This document shows, piece by piece, positions 25,824 to 36,822 of a stretch of 64,000 nt of DNA. The notes under the pieces were generated by a model, which saw nothing but the letters and a program-made list of their open reading frames with translations, was not told where the DNA came from and did no database searches. The DNA lies in assembly GCA_045113315.1 (NCBI GenBank), contig JBGUIX010000014.1:3642-67641 (forward strand), written 5' to 3'. A program made the translations under genes and the position numbers. The DNA is from Bacilli bacterium (GTDB lineage Bacteria; Bacillota_I; Bacilli_A; RFN20; CAG-826). Positions within the stretch are counted from its first letter, which is position 1, and the number at the start of each line of letters is the position of its first letter.

Positions 25824-27062
25824 CTATTTTTTCGCTAAATTAGCTAAATATAACTTTGGTAAAACCGCATACATCGCCGCGCAGATAACGAGGTCTTGTT
25901 TACGGGTCTTTTCATTTGGAGCGTGAGCTTCTTTTTCATCTCCAGGTCCAAATCCGATACATGGAATACCATATCTACCCATGATAGCAACGCCGTTCGT
26001 GGAGAAGGTCCATTTATCGATGATTGGTTCTTTATCGAATAATCCTTCATATCCTTGTTTCATAGATTGGACAAAGATACTTTCTTCTGGAATAACCCAG
26101 GTTGGGAAGTAACATTCGATTGGATAATTTAAACCAGTGTAGCTTGGTCTTTCATATTGATACATAAAGACTTCCGCATTCGCGGCTTTACAGGCTGGTA
26201 AATTTTTAATTTCGTTAATAGAGGTAACATCGTTTTCGCCAACTGTTAATCTTCTATCAAGAGAAATCCAACATCCATCTGCGACTGCGCATCTAGATGG
26301 TGATTTATGGAAGATTTGAGAAATGGTGACTGTGCCTTTTCCTAAGAATGGATCATAAGCTAAGCCACCTTCTTCTGGTTTCTTCTCATTTAATTCTTTA
26401 ATTTGTTCGATGATTGGCGCCATCTTATAGATTGCGTTATCGCCTCTTTCAGGTGCGGAACCATGGCAAGAAATACCTCTCACATTAACACAGATTTCCA
26501 TTCTTCCACGGTGTCCACGATAGATACGACAGCTGGTTGGTTCGGTAGAAACAACAAATTCTGGTCTGACTTTATCTTCGCAGATGATATATTTCCAGCA
26601 TAAACCATCACAGTCTTCTTCTTGGACTGTACCAGTAATCACTAAAGTGTAATCATCTTCTAAATGTAATTCTTTGATAATCTTAGCGGCATAAACCATA
26701 GAGGCCATACCACCTTCTTGGTCACTTGTACCACGACCACCGATATGAACATCATCTTCAAATCCTTTATATGGATCAAAGGTCCAGTTTTTAATCTCAC
26801 CGATACCAACGGTATCAATATGAGCGTCCATACCGATTAAATGACTACCATGACCGATATAACCTAAGATGTTTCCCATTGGATCGATTTCCACTTTATC
26901 AAATCCAACTTTTTCCATCTCTTGTTTAATTCTTAAGACGACTTCTCTTTCTTCACACGATTCACTTGGAATAGCGACCATGTCTCTTAAGAATTTAACC
27001 ATGTCTGGTTTGTATTTTTCCGCTAAAGCGAGTACTTTTTTGAAATCAACAACATTACTCAT
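25824..27062 (-). CDS. M20-family peptidase/hydrolase, YgeY-like
   Basis: 412 aa; M20 metal-binding His/Asp/Glu motifs; conserved partner of xdh/ssnA clusters. Confidence 0.7.
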   Translation of the reverse strand: MSNVVDFKKVLALAEKYKPDMVKFLRDMVAIPSESCEEREVVLRIKQEMEKVGFDKVEIDPMGNILGYIGHGSHLIGMDAHIDTVGIGEIKNWTFDPYKGFEDDVHIGGRGTSDQEGGMASMVYAAKIIKELHLEDDYTLVITGTVQEEDCDGLCWKYIICEDKVRPEFVVSTEPTSCRIYRGHRGRMEICVNVRGISCHGSAPERGDNAIYKMAPIIEQIKELNEKKPEEGGLAYDPFLGKGTVTISQIFHKSPSRCAVADGCWISLDRRLTVGENDVTSINEIKNLPACKAANAEVFMYQYERPSYTGLNYPIECYFPTWVIPEESIFVQSMKQGYEGLFDKEPIIDKWTFSTNGVAIMGRYGIPCIGFGPGDEKEAHAPNEKTRKQDLVICAAMYAVLPKLYLANLAKK

Positions 27063-28440
27063 ATTTAATGGTTTTTCCTCTCATCTTTTTAATCTTAGCG
27101 TCGTATTCTTTAACTTTCGCATATTCTTTATCCCAGAAGGACATCTTCTTCATGGAATCTAAATATTCTTTAGTATAACCAAACTTTAACCAGTCTCTTT
27201 CTTTTTGATCGAAGAGTGCTTGTTTAGCTTTTTTACCACGTGTATCTAAGATATATTTGGTATCCGCACTCATAAAGACGTCATTGAACCAACGATCTAA
27301 GACGTGATCGGTAACTTCTAATTCTCTTTCATGTAAGTTCTGTATAACAGAATCGTATCTATCAAAGCTATCGGTAGCGATGGTCACCACGTTATCATCA
27401 GGACCGAGTTTTAAATATTTAGCCATCTTAATCGCGCCTAAAATATTACATAAACCAGAGACACCGAATAAATCGACCATCTTCTTAGCTTCACTACGTT
27501 TAATACCATGTTTCACTAAGACATCTGTGCCTTCATGAATAACCGCTAAACCACGGACGCAATCTTCATCAACGATTTGAGTGATAAAGTCAGTAGTTAA
27601 AACGTTATGGATTAATGTACACATCTTATCGCCGATACCTTCAATACGGTGTTGGCCTAAACCACCATTAGTTAATGTGGAACATTCATGTGGTTCTAAA
27701 GCGACGATTTTACATTCTGGGAATTTCTTTTTAATTTGATCGCCAGCGGCTAATGTACCCGCACTACCTGGTGCGCTACAGAAAGCAGCAATACGACCAT
27801 TACCGATGCCTTTAACAGCTTCGATACAAGAATTACCAGTGACGTGTCTATGGAAACGATAGTTTGGTAATAATTCAAATTGCGCTAATGTGGCGTTCTT
27901 TGGATCTTTTTTAAGTTCATAAGTTCTTTCTAAAGTTAAGATAACGTCAGATTCACTACCTGGAGTTAAATCGAGTTTAGCGCCATATTTTTGAATTCTT
28001 TCATATCTTTCTTTAGACATGTTGTCTGGCATGATAACAATCGCATCATATTTCATCAAGTTAGTTATATAACTAACACCGATACCGAAGTTACCGGTTG
28101 ATGGACCTAAGATGGTATGTTTACCAGGGATAATTGTGCCATCGACACAACCTTCCATAAGTGTGGAATAAGCAGGTCCAACTTTATGGGATCCAGATGG
28201 GAAGTATTTACCTAATAAAACAACGATATTAGCGTCTACTCCTGTTAAAGCCTTTGGTAAGACGATTTTATTAACGACACCGTCTTTATTATTTTTCCAG
28301 CTGATATTAAAGAGGTTGATTGGATCAAGTTCATCTTCTTTTAAGGCTTTCTCAGCTAACTTTCTCACTTTTGGATCTTGGTGAGAAGGGTTCAACATTT
28401 CATCATATGTTGGACCAAATGGGATTTTTGCTTTTGCCAT
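27055..28440 (-). CDS. PLP-dependent enzyme, tryptophan-synthase-beta-like superfamily (fold type II), specific function unknown
   Basis: 461 aa; GSHKVGPAY resembles the TrpB PLP-lysine motif (G.HK.N); Gly-rich PLP phosphate loop [17 protein letters not shown]. Confidence 0.45.
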   Translation of the reverse strand: MAKAKIPFGPTYDEMLNPSHQDPKVRKLAEKALKEDELDPINLFNISWKNNKDGVVNKIVLPKALTGVDANIVVLLGKYFPSGSHKVGPAYSTLMEGCVDGTIIPGKHTILGPSTGNFGIGVSYITNLMKYDAIVIMPDNMSKERYERIQKYGAKLDLTPGSESDVILTLERTYELKKDPKNATLAQFELLPNYRFHRHVTGNSCIEAVKGIGNGRIAAFCSAPGSAGTLAAGDQIKKKFPECKIVALEPHECSTLTNGGLGQHRIEGIGDKMCTLIHNVLTTDFITQIVDEDCVRGLAVIHEGTDVLVKHGIKRSEAKKMVDLFGVSGLCNILGAIKMAKYLKLGPDDNVVTIATDSFDRYDSVIQNLHERELEVTDHVLDRWFNDVFMSADTKYILDTRGKKAKQALFDQKERDWLKFGYTKEYLDSMKKMSFWDKEYAKVKEYDAKIKKMRGKTIKYE

Positions 28441-28441
28441 T

Positions 28442-29695
28442 TTAAATAATCTCCTTTTCTTTTAAATATTTATCTAGAATAGCTAGATCGGGTTTCATTA
28501 CTTCGGGTTGGGTAATTGCCTTTTGTGCATTTGCCGGGTCTTTAAGTCCGTTTCCTGTGACTATGAAGGTCACGGATTCATCTTTTCTTATGATTCCTAG
28601 TTTAATGGCCTTCATTAATCCGGCAAGCGAGGCAACTCCCGCTGGTTCCCCGAAGATACCTTCAGTTCGACCTAGCAAGGCTTCTACCTCAAGAATGTCA
28701 CTGTCTGGGACCGATATCCAGACACCATTACTGTTCTTAACCGCATTAATAGCCTTAATCGGATTACGTGGAATGCCAACAGCGATACTATCAGCAATCG
28801 TATTCTCTTCTGCTTCTTTTAATGGTTCGTTATTATGATCCGCGATAACGAACGGTTCACAGCCTGTACTTTGTACAGCTAGAATACGTGGGATCCTTTC
28901 TATTAACCCTAGTTCCTTAAGATCATGAAATCCTTTATAAACACCACCAACTGTGCATCCATCTCCGACAGAAACACATACCCAGTCAGTAGGTTTAAAC
29001 TTTAATTGTTCCGCTATCTCTAAAGAGACAGTCTTCTTTCCTTCCACCATCCATGGATTGATGGCGGCATTACGATTGTACCAACCGTATTTATTAATTG
29101 CGGCTTTAGATAATTGGAAAGCAGCTTTATAATCGCCATCCACTTTCACTAATGTCGCTCCATATAAACAAATCTGTGTTGTTTTACCAATTGGTGCTCT
29201 TTTTGGAACAAAGATAACCGCTGGTAAACCCATATGAGCAGCATGACAAGCACAACTACTTGCCGCATTACCAGTTGAAGAACAAGAAATAACTTTTGCT
29301 CCTGCTTCAATGGCTTTTAAAACTGCGACACCTGAGGCTCTATCCTTACTAGAACCAGAAGGATTAAGTCCATCATCTTTGATATATAGTTCTTTTAATC
29401 CTAAATATTTAGCTAAGTTATATGATCTCACTAATGGAGTCCAACCAATTCTAAGCATCTCAGAAATATGCTCTTCGCTGATACCCATTAAAGGCGCATA
29501 TCTCCACATCGAATAATCTTGATTTTTAGCAAAATATTCACGATTTAAGACTTTTTTGAGCTTTTCATAATCAAATTCGACATCTAAAATACCTTTTTCT
29601 CCACACTCAGGACAGGTGAGAGAAACTTCATCTTTTTGATAGAATTTGTGGCATAACGTGCAACGATAACCAAGGACGTAATCTATATTAGCCAT
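28442..29695 (-). CDS. Threonine-synthase-family PLP enzyme with N-terminal zinc ribbon
   Basis: 417 aa; CTLCHK..CPECG ribbon; NPSGSSKDRAS matches the ThrC PLP-lysine motif (NPTGSFKDRG); STGNAASS; NPWMVEGKKT; C-terminal TGNGLKD. Confidence 0.6.
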   Translation of the reverse strand: MANIDYVLGYRCTLCHKFYQKDEVSLTCPECGEKGILDVEFDYEKLKKVLNREYFAKNQDYSMWRYAPLMGISEEHISEMLRIGWTPLVRSYNLAKYLGLKELYIKDDGLNPSGSSKDRASGVAVLKAIEAGAKVISCSSTGNAASSCACHAAHMGLPAVIFVPKRAPIGKTTQICLYGATLVKVDGDYKAAFQLSKAAINKYGWYNRNAAINPWMVEGKKTVSLEIAEQLKFKPTDWVCVSVGDGCTVGGVYKGFHDLKELGLIERIPRILAVQSTGCEPFVIADHNNEPLKEAEENTIADSIAVGIPRNPIKAINAVKNSNGVWISVPDSDILEVEALLGRTEGIFGEPAGVASLAGLMKAIKLGIIRKDESVTFIVTGNGLKDPANAQKAITQPEVMKPDLAILDKYLKEKEII

Positions 29696-29703
29696 AACCC
29701 CTC

Positions 29704-30552
29704 CTATTCAATTGATAATAAGAAATCTTTCAAAATGTTTTTCGACACTCTTAATCGATATTCTTTTGTACTTCTTTGATCGGTAATCGGTGTGATGAAT
29801 TTTTCCATGTCAGCGACGATCTCATCCGCTTTATCATGAATCTCATCAATTGTTAAACCGATATATTTCTTTTCAACTTCTCTATCTCTCGCCACAGTAA
29901 TAGAAACACTACCAAAAGCCATTCTTAAATCAGTGACTTTATCGCCATCTAATTCATATCCACCAGCGAACGTGACTTTAGATATTGATTCCGCGGCACG
30001 AGAACCGACTTTTCTCCAGTAAGTATTTAAATCATCGTGATGAGGAATAAATATTTCTTTAATTAATTCATTCTTATGACGATGAATCTTTCTGACACCA
30101 AAGATAAAGTCTTCAATAGGCACTATACGAGAACCATGAACATTGACTAGTTCTAATTTAGCGTCTAATAAATATAATCCAACGATTGAATCACCCGCTG
30201 GAGATGCGTTAGCAACGTTACCCGCTAAAGTGGCCATATTACGAATGTTTGGTGAAGCAAGTTCATCAATTATTTGCTTTAGCAAATCAGGAACTAAATC
30301 ATTCTCTTGAATGTCGATATATTTAGTGCCCGCACCGATATGAACACCTTTTTCATCTTCATAAATATATTGAAGTTCTTTTAAATTTGAAATGTAGCAA
30401 ACATCTTTATCAAAGTTAGGTAATAAACCACTTCTTTGATGTTTGACCACCATTAAATCGGTGCCACCAGCCATGATATAACAATCATGTGTGTCTAATA
30501 TTTTTAAAGCTTCTTTTAAATTAGAAGGAATATGATGATTAACCATTACCAT
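29704..30552 (-). CDS. Xanthine dehydrogenase family FAD-binding subunit (CoxM/XdhB-like)
   Basis: 282 aa; FAD_binding_5 motif AGGTDL. Confidence 0.75.
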   Translation of the reverse strand: MVMVNHHIPSNLKEALKILDTHDCYIMAGGTDLMVVKHQRSGLLPNFDKDVCYISNLKELQYIYEDEKGVHIGAGTKYIDIQENDLVPDLLKQIIDELASPNIRNMATLAGNVANASPAGDSIVGLYLLDAKLELVNVHGSRIVPIEDFIFGVRKIHRHKNELIKEIFIPHHDDLNTYWRKVGSRAAESISKVTFAGGYELDGDKVTDLRMAFGSVSITVARDREVEKKYIGLTIDEIHDKADEIVADMEKFITPITDQRSTKEYRLRVSKNILKDFLLSIE

Positions 30553-31022
30553 TCTCCTCCTTTTTCAGCGACTTCAAGTACCGCTTTAACAATCGCATTA
30601 TAACCAGTACATCTACAAAGATTACCAGATAAAGCAATTCTTACTTCCTCTTCACTTGGATGAGGATTTTTCTTTAATAAGGCATAAGTATTTAGAATCA
30701 TACCTGGAGTGCAGAAACCACACTGGCTCGCTCCAAAGTCTGCAAACGCATCAGCGATACGACGATATTGTTTTGTGTTTCTAAATCCTTCAATGGTAAC
30801 GACATGTTTTCCGATAATATTAGCAACAGGTGTTAAGCATGAATCGTAGCAAACACCATCCACTAAAACGGAACAAGCACCACAAGCGCCTTCCCCACAT
30901 CCTTCTTTGACTCCTGTCATATGAAGGTGAATTCTTAATAAATCTAATAACCTCATTGAAGGGTCAACTTTAACAACAACTGGTTTATTATTGAGGTGAA
31001 ATTTAATGATCTTCATTTTCAA
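30546..31022 (-). CDS. Xanthine dehydrogenase family [2Fe-2S] subunit
   Basis: 158 aa; CGEGACGACSV plus C..C...CGFCTPG. Confidence 0.85.
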   Translation of the reverse strand: MKMKIIKFHLNNKPVVVKVDPSMRLLDLLRIHLHMTGVKEGCGEGACGACSVLVDGVCYDSCLTPVANIIGKHVVTIEGFRNTKQYRRIADAFADFGASQCGFCTPGMILNTYALLKKNPHPSEEEVRIALSGNLCRCTGYNAIVKAVLEVAEKGGEW

Positions 31023-33096
31023 TTACCTCCATCAAATATTCAGGATTTGCAGGAATTTTATAGATATTTTTATTAATTGCCATCTCAATTGCGTGTCCTA
31101 ATGCCGGAGCGCCACCGACGAATGTGAGTTCGCCACATCCTTTCGCGCCACTGGCACCATAAGCAAATAAGTTATCAATTAATTCCGTTTCCATCATTGG
31201 TAAGTCAACCGCGGTTGGAATGATATAATCAGATAATGTTTTCTGTCTAAATCTACCTTCGGCAACTTCCATATTTTCTAAATAACCATATCCAATAGCT
31301 TGAGCTAATCCACCATCAGCTTGACCGACGACAATTCTATCATCGATCGCATGGCCAACATCATATGTGGACCAGCATCCTTCAACTTTAACTTGATAAG
31401 TAACTGGGTCAAAGCTCACTTCTACCACGTTAACACCCCAAGCATAGCCTGGATAAGCATCACCTTGCATAGTGTCTTCATCCCAATGGATGTAATCAGG
31501 ACCGACATATGGTTCAATCCATTCTTGTTCGACACCTGGTTTCCAGATTTCTTTTAGGTGTTTTGCCGCTTTTTCACATAGATAACCAACAATAATGATT
31601 GTTCTACTAGCAGCGGTTGGACCAGTTGATAAAGTATGGTCAGTATCTGGGGCTTCATGAGTAACTTGTTCTTCTGGTATACCTAAGGTATTAGAAACAA
31701 TCTTCTTTAAGGTCGTTCTATTACCTTGTCCAAAATCAACTTGGGAAGTATATAGATGAACAATATCATTTTTATCTTTTGTTAATTTAAGTTGAGCATT
31801 AATAATTGTGGATTCACCACTTCCAGTAAAGCCACATCCATGTAAGAAACAGGAGAATCCAATACCACGATTACTTCCTGGTTTATTATATAAAGCATAT
31901 TTATGCTTAAAATCACTCATCTCCATGGCTTTTTCCACAAGTTCTGGTAAGATTATCGGATCGTGGAATTTGCCGTTAACAGCGGTCACTTCACCTTGTT
32001 TCACTAAATGTTTTAATTTAAATTCCACAGGATCTAAGCCCGCTACTTTAGCGATATGTTCAATAAACATTTCAAAAGCGAAAATAGTTTGTGGTGAACC
32101 AAATCCTCTAAAGGCCGCGGTTGGCATAGTGTTAGTGATATAAACATCGCCTTCGATTTCTAGATTTGGAATGCTATAACAATCGACGACTGCGATTAAG
32201 GCTCTAGCAAGAACAACACCTGAGCAACCTTTATAAGCTCCACCATTAAGTTGAATATGAGCTTTAACGCCCACTAATTTTCCATTCTTTACATAACCGG
32301 TATATGTGGTTTTGGATGGATGTCTTTTTGTGGTATACATCAAATCTTCATCTCTATCGAAGATCATCTTTAATGGTTTCTTGATTTTCACAATTGCAGT
32401 TGCCATTTGTGCTGCCATCATAGATGGATAATGTTCTTTACCACCAAAAGCACCACCGACAGCGGGTTGAATAACTCTCACTTTACTTGGATCACATCCT
32501 AAAGTTCTGACGACTGCGTTTTTAATATAATAAGGACACTGCATACTGGCTTTGATGGTGATTTTATCTCCATCTAACCACATGATCATGCCTTGAGTTT
32601 CTAAATAAACTTGTTCTTGATAACCAGTTTCAAAAGTTTCAGTCAGTGTGTAGTCATAATCTTTACTAACACTTTCTAAATCACCTTTTTTAAATTCTTT
32701 ATGAATACCACTTTTTTTAAGTTTGAAATTAGGTACTTCTTCGTCATAGTTAACTTGTGTCATTCTAGCAAGTTCTTCTAATTTCTGTTTATCAGGACCA
32801 ATTAATAAAGCGATGGTTTCACCATAATAATTGACTCTTCTATCAGCGAAGACTGGCCAGTCAGAAAAGATAATATTAACGACATTTTCTTTAACAATAT
32901 CTTTCGCATCAACGTAGTAATAACCTTTTGGAAGTTTTGGAACATTAACACTTCTTATTCTTCCACTTGGAATATTGCTACGCAAAGGACGGCACCAAAG
33001 AAAATCTTTTGCTGGTAAGTCATCAGTAAATAAGGCTAGACCAGCCATCTTCTCTTCATTGTCGATTTTGACTGTGGAGTTTTTAAAATGCGACAT
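31003..33096 (-). CDS. Xanthine dehydrogenase family molybdopterin-binding subunit (enzyme 1)
   Basis: 697 aa; aldehyde oxidase/xanthine DH a/b hammerhead and MoCo-binding domains (GGAFGGK). Confidence 0.8.
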   Translation of the reverse strand: MSHFKNSTVKIDNEEKMAGLALFTDDLPAKDFLWCRPLRSNIPSGRIRSVNVPKLPKGYYYVDAKDIVKENVVNIIFSDWPVFADRRVNYYGETIALLIGPDKQKLEELARMTQVNYDEEVPNFKLKKSGIHKEFKKGDLESVSKDYDYTLTETFETGYQEQVYLETQGMIMWLDGDKITIKASMQCPYYIKNAVVRTLGCDPSKVRVIQPAVGGAFGGKEHYPSMMAAQMATAIVKIKKPLKMIFDRDEDLMYTTKRHPSKTTYTGYVKNGKLVGVKAHIQLNGGAYKGCSGVVLARALIAVVDCYSIPNLEIEGDVYITNTMPTAAFRGFGSPQTIFAFEMFIEHIAKVAGLDPVEFKLKHLVKQGEVTAVNGKFHDPIILPELVEKAMEMSDFKHKYALYNKPGSNRGIGFSCFLHGCGFTGSGESTIINAQLKLTKDKNDIVHLYTSQVDFGQGNRTTLKKIVSNTLGIPEEQVTHEAPDTDHTLSTGPTAASRTIIIVGYLCEKAAKHLKEIWKPGVEQEWIEPYVGPDYIHWDEDTMQGDAYPGYAWGVNVVEVSFDPVTYQVKVEGCWSTYDVGHAIDDRIVVGQADGGLAQAIGYGYLENMEVAEGRFRQKTLSDYIIPTAVDLPMMETELIDNLFAYGASGAKGCGELTFVGGAPALGHAIEMAINKNIYKIPANPEYLMEVIENEDH

Positions 33097-33116
33097 GACA
33101 TTTTCCCCTTTCTAAA

Positions 33117-34235
33117 TTAATGTTTAAATTCAATAGCTTTCACTGGGCATCTAGATGCACATAATCCACATCTAAAACATTTTTCAGAATTAAATGTTGG
33201 GACTTTATTTTCATTCATTTCTATTGCGAAATATGGACAGTTTTTCATACATAAACCACAGTGAGAACATTTCTCCGCTTCAACGGACGGAAGTTCGGCT
33301 TCATATGTGGTCTCTTTCTTTAAACCAGTCTTGATAACATCTTCCACCGATTTAAATCCATATTTTTCTAATTCTTTTGGTAAATCATCGATAATCTTTT
33401 TATATAATTCTTTGCCTCTCAGCATTGGAGCGGATAACATTCCTACCGCAGAAGCTCCGGCTAATAAAAATTCAATGACATCTTTGGCGCTTGATACACC
33501 ACCAACACCGATAACAGTTAATGATGGTTCTGCTTGTTTAATGGTATAAACTGTGGCTAAAGCTAAAGGTTTAATAACTGGACCAGACATCCAAACAAAA
33601 CCTTTATCATTATTAGCTAACATTTTTCTTTTTTCGACATCGATAACCATGGATGGTCCTAATGAGTTAATAGCAACAACGCCATTAGCCCCATTTTCTT
33701 TAATCACTTTCGCAAATCCAGCAGGATCTGGAATGTGTGGAGATATCTTCATATAGAAAGGTTTTTTGGTGTGTTTTCTAATGGTTCGTACAACTTCTGC
33801 AAGCTTTTCGCGGTCTGTACCAACATAGTGACAGCTCACTTCAAAGGCATCCGCAAACTTATCTAATAGGGGGATTAAAACCTCCATATCTTCCTTTGTG
33901 TAACCAACAGAAATGATTAATGGAGTATCACCTTTTTTACTAACATATTCTGGTAAAAATTCTTCAATCCATTTCTCTTTGCTATATTCAGTCCAAAGTT
34001 CGCAGTTATAAATTGCATTATTATCACCGACGATGCATGGATGAGGAATATGCGCCATTTGGGTAGAGATAGTTTTAGCAACAATCGCACCACATCCAGC
34101 GACGTGATTGAGCCAGAGCATCTTCTCAGCGTCACCAACCAGTGGTCCAGCCGCAGGCATTAAAGGGTTTTTTAAATATAAACCGTCAAATTTGGTAGAT
34201 AGATCCATGATTAATCCTCCTTGATTCTTCTCCAA
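33117..34235 (-). CDS. Dihydroorotate/dihydropyrimidine dehydrogenase-like flavoprotein with two C-terminal 4Fe-4S ferredoxin motifs (PreA-like)
   Basis: 372 aa; DHOD TIM-barrel motifs; CSHCGLCMKNCP and CFRCGLCASRCP. Confidence 0.7.
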   Translation of the reverse strand: MEKNQGGLIMDLSTKFDGLYLKNPLMPAAGPLVGDAEKMLWLNHVAGCGAIVAKTISTQMAHIPHPCIVGDNNAIYNCELWTEYSKEKWIEEFLPEYVSKKGDTPLIISVGYTKEDMEVLIPLLDKFADAFEVSCHYVGTDREKLAEVVRTIRKHTKKPFYMKISPHIPDPAGFAKVIKENGANGVVAINSLGPSMVIDVEKRKMLANNDKGFVWMSGPVIKPLALATVYTIKQAEPSLTVIGVGGVSSAKDVIEFLLAGASAVGMLSAPMLRGKELYKKIIDDLPKELEKYGFKSVEDVIKTGLKKETTYEAELPSVEAEKCSHCGLCMKNCPYFAIEMNENKVPTFNSEKCFRCGLCASRCPVKAIEFKH

Positions 34236-35509
34236 AGGTCTTTACTAACTTCATTTGCTTCATCGAACAAACGATTAACTTTACGTGAAACAATTTTTCT
34301 ATTTTTTAATAACAATTTACCAGAAGCATAAACATCATTTGGTCTAAAGGATGGATATAATCCATAAAACACATGACCAAAAGCGTTACCACTATTCATT
34401 TCGGTAAACGGTTTATAAGGCACTAATAAGAAATCAGATTCATAATCTTTTTCTATTTTGCCTAGTTTAATCCCAAGCATCTTACTAACATAGTCATAGG
34501 AATTATTAATCATTTCTAAAACTTCACCTAATCCTAAGCCTAAAGGTGTCTTGTTATATAAGTGTGTCGTATATAAAACATTTAAATATTCAGTGGCCAT
34601 ATTGGATGATAAGCCATCATTACCCACTAAGACTTTAATGTTATGTTCTAAATAATTTCTGACATTTGGTATACCAACAGCGTTATTCATGTTACTTGTG
34701 GTGTTAACAACCATATAAGCACTATTCTTATGAACAATATCTAGTTCTTTATCGGAGATAGAAACACCATGAACGATTAAACTATTTGGATTTACTAAAC
34801 CAAATTTATCTAATCTTTCCATAATTGACATATGGTATTTAACGAAAGAATCATTCTCATCCATCTCGCTTTCCGCGACATGAATATGAATTGGATTATC
34901 GCCAAGTTTTCTAGCGACCGATTTTAGGGTTTTATCACTAAGAGTCATAGAGGCGTGCATACCAAATAAGCCTCTGACATGATCACTTTTAAATTTATCC
35001 ATGAAAGAGATGTTTTCTTTAATACATTTATCAACTGGATAACGATCACTAGTTTCAAAACATAACAAGGCTCTTAAACCTAAATCATCCACTAATGATT
35101 TTTTTAACATAGTTAATGACTTAATGATATCTGTTCCAGAAGCGTGGTGATCAATAATCGTTGTCACACCATTTTCGATAAACTCTTTACCGGCGCATAT
35201 ACCTGAATAATATGTGGTCTTGTTATCAATCTTGGCATCCATCTTCCACCACATCTGTTCAAGTATTTCTAGGAAGTTATGAGGATTAAATGGTAAGGCT
35301 AAGCCTCTAGCGAAAATGGAATAGATATGTGCGTGGTTACAAACAAAGTTCGGTAATAATAATTGACCGTTACCATCGATTACTTCATAACCATCATTTT
35401 TAAAGTCAGACATCTTGCCAACTTTTCTAATCTTTTCATCAAAAATGACAAAACCGTTTTCGATATAGTTCTTATAGTCATAAATACGGACATTGATAAT
35501 CGCTTTCAT
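34211..35509 (-). CDS. Amidohydrolase-superfamily aminohydrolase, SsnA-like
   Basis: 432 aa; metal-binding NHAHIYS (H.H) motif; typical SDMH-cluster partner. Confidence 0.6.
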   Translation of the reverse strand: MKAIINVRIYDYKNYIENGFVIFDEKIRKVGKMSDFKNDGYEVIDGNGQLLLPNFVCNHAHIYSIFARGLALPFNPHNFLEILEQMWWKMDAKIDNKTTYYSGICAGKEFIENGVTTIIDHHASGTDIIKSLTMLKKSLVDDLGLRALLCFETSDRYPVDKCIKENISFMDKFKSDHVRGLFGMHASMTLSDKTLKSVARKLGDNPIHIHVAESEMDENDSFVKYHMSIMERLDKFGLVNPNSLIVHGVSISDKELDIVHKNSAYMVVNTTSNMNNAVGIPNVRNYLEHNIKVLVGNDGLSSNMATEYLNVLYTTHLYNKTPLGLGLGEVLEMINNSYDYVSKMLGIKLGKIEKDYESDFLLVPYKPFTEMNSGNAFGHVFYGLYPSFRPNDVYASGKLLLKNRKIVSRKVNRLFDEANEVSKDLWRRIKED

Positions 35510-36822
35510 TAGAATTTGACCTCCTTGTCACAGTTAATTAATTCACCTTTACCACCTAAGAAAACTTCATCTTTTAAAATGAATTTTCCACGTAACATCG
35601 TATGAACAATTTTCTCTTTAACTTTGATACCTTCATAAACACTGTAGTCACATTTTCCATGTGGTTTACCAATTGGATATTCGTCTACTTCTTTGATAAA
35701 AGCTAAGTCAGCGTCTTTACCAACCGCTATACTTCCTTTTTTCGAAAAACCATTTAAAAGTGCGATATTTTTACTCATTTTGTCGATAATTTGATCTCCA
35801 AATTGTTTATGAAGGATTACAAATGAAGATTCAATACCACCGATACCTAATGGGTGTCCCACTAAAGAAGGATGATTCTTTTTATCGCTCGACATAAAGG
35901 AACAATGGTCAGTTCCAATCGTATTTACATAACTAATATTTTTAATTAATAATTCTTGTTCTTCCTTACTTCTAAGTGGAGGAGCAAATGTATATAAATA
36001 GCCTTTGTCCGTATTCAAAACTTCTTTATTAAATGTGAAGTATTGAGGGCAACTTTCCACAAAGAAATGTTTTCCTAAAATATCACCATATTGATTAATT
36101 AATCTTTGTAATGTTTCACCTGATGAACAGTGGACCATATATAAATAACCTTGAGTGTCTTTAGCAAAACCTGCGAGTTTAAGAGCTTCGCTGTATTCAC
36201 ATTCACTTCCTCTAGCTTCAGATATATATGTACATGCGTATTCAGGTTTTAAAGAAACGAGTTCATCGTTTTCAATATGCGCGGTAACTAGAAAATTATA
36301 TTTCTTTGTTAATTCTAATAATTTGATGATGTCAGGATCATAAGTACGACGTCTAGTTTCAGAATAAGTTGTAAATAGCTTAATTGTATTCATCCCTAAT
36401 TTCTTCATCATTAAAACATATTGTTCTAAATCACCATCAGGTTCTTTAATACAAGCGTGAAAATGATAATCAACATGTGAGTCTTTAGCGAGCTGTAAAC
36501 GGTCATAAAATGATCTTTCTAATTTTCTCGCATTTCTAGTTGGATCTAAAAAATCAATAATTGTGGTAATACCACCATAAGCGGCACATCTACTACCAGC
36601 CTCAAAATCATCAACAGATGTGATAGTGCCACAATAAAGAGCGAAATGAACATGTGGATCGATTAATCCTGGAATAATCTTTAAACCAGTCGCATCGATT
36701 ATTTCATCCGCAGTCTTTTCTTCTTTTCCGATATAAGCAAAATGTTCATCCTCTATAAGGATATTGACGTCTTGCCATTTATTATCGATATAGACTTTTC
36801 CGTTTTTGACTAATTTAGTCAT
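35509..36822 (-). CDS. Cyclic amidohydrolase (D-hydantoinase/dihydropyrimidinase/allantoinase family)
   Basis: 437 aa; DPHVHF metal-binding motif. Confidence 0.75.
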   Translation of the reverse strand: MTKLVKNGKVYIDNKWQDVNILIEDEHFAYIGKEEKTADEIIDATGLKIIPGLIDPHVHFALYCGTITSVDDFEAGSRCAAYGGITTIIDFLDPTRNARKLERSFYDRLQLAKDSHVDYHFHACIKEPDGDLEQYVLMMKKLGMNTIKLFTTYSETRRRTYDPDIIKLLELTKKYNFLVTAHIENDELVSLKPEYACTYISEARGSECEYSEALKLAGFAKDTQGYLYMVHCSSGETLQRLINQYGDILGKHFFVESCPQYFTFNKEVLNTDKGYLYTFAPPLRSKEEQELLIKNISYVNTIGTDHCSFMSSDKKNHPSLVGHPLGIGGIESSFVILHKQFGDQIIDKMSKNIALLNGFSKKGSIAVGKDADLAFIKEVDEYPIGKPHGKCDYSVYEGIKVKEKIVHTMLRGKFILKDEVFLGGKGELINCDKEVKF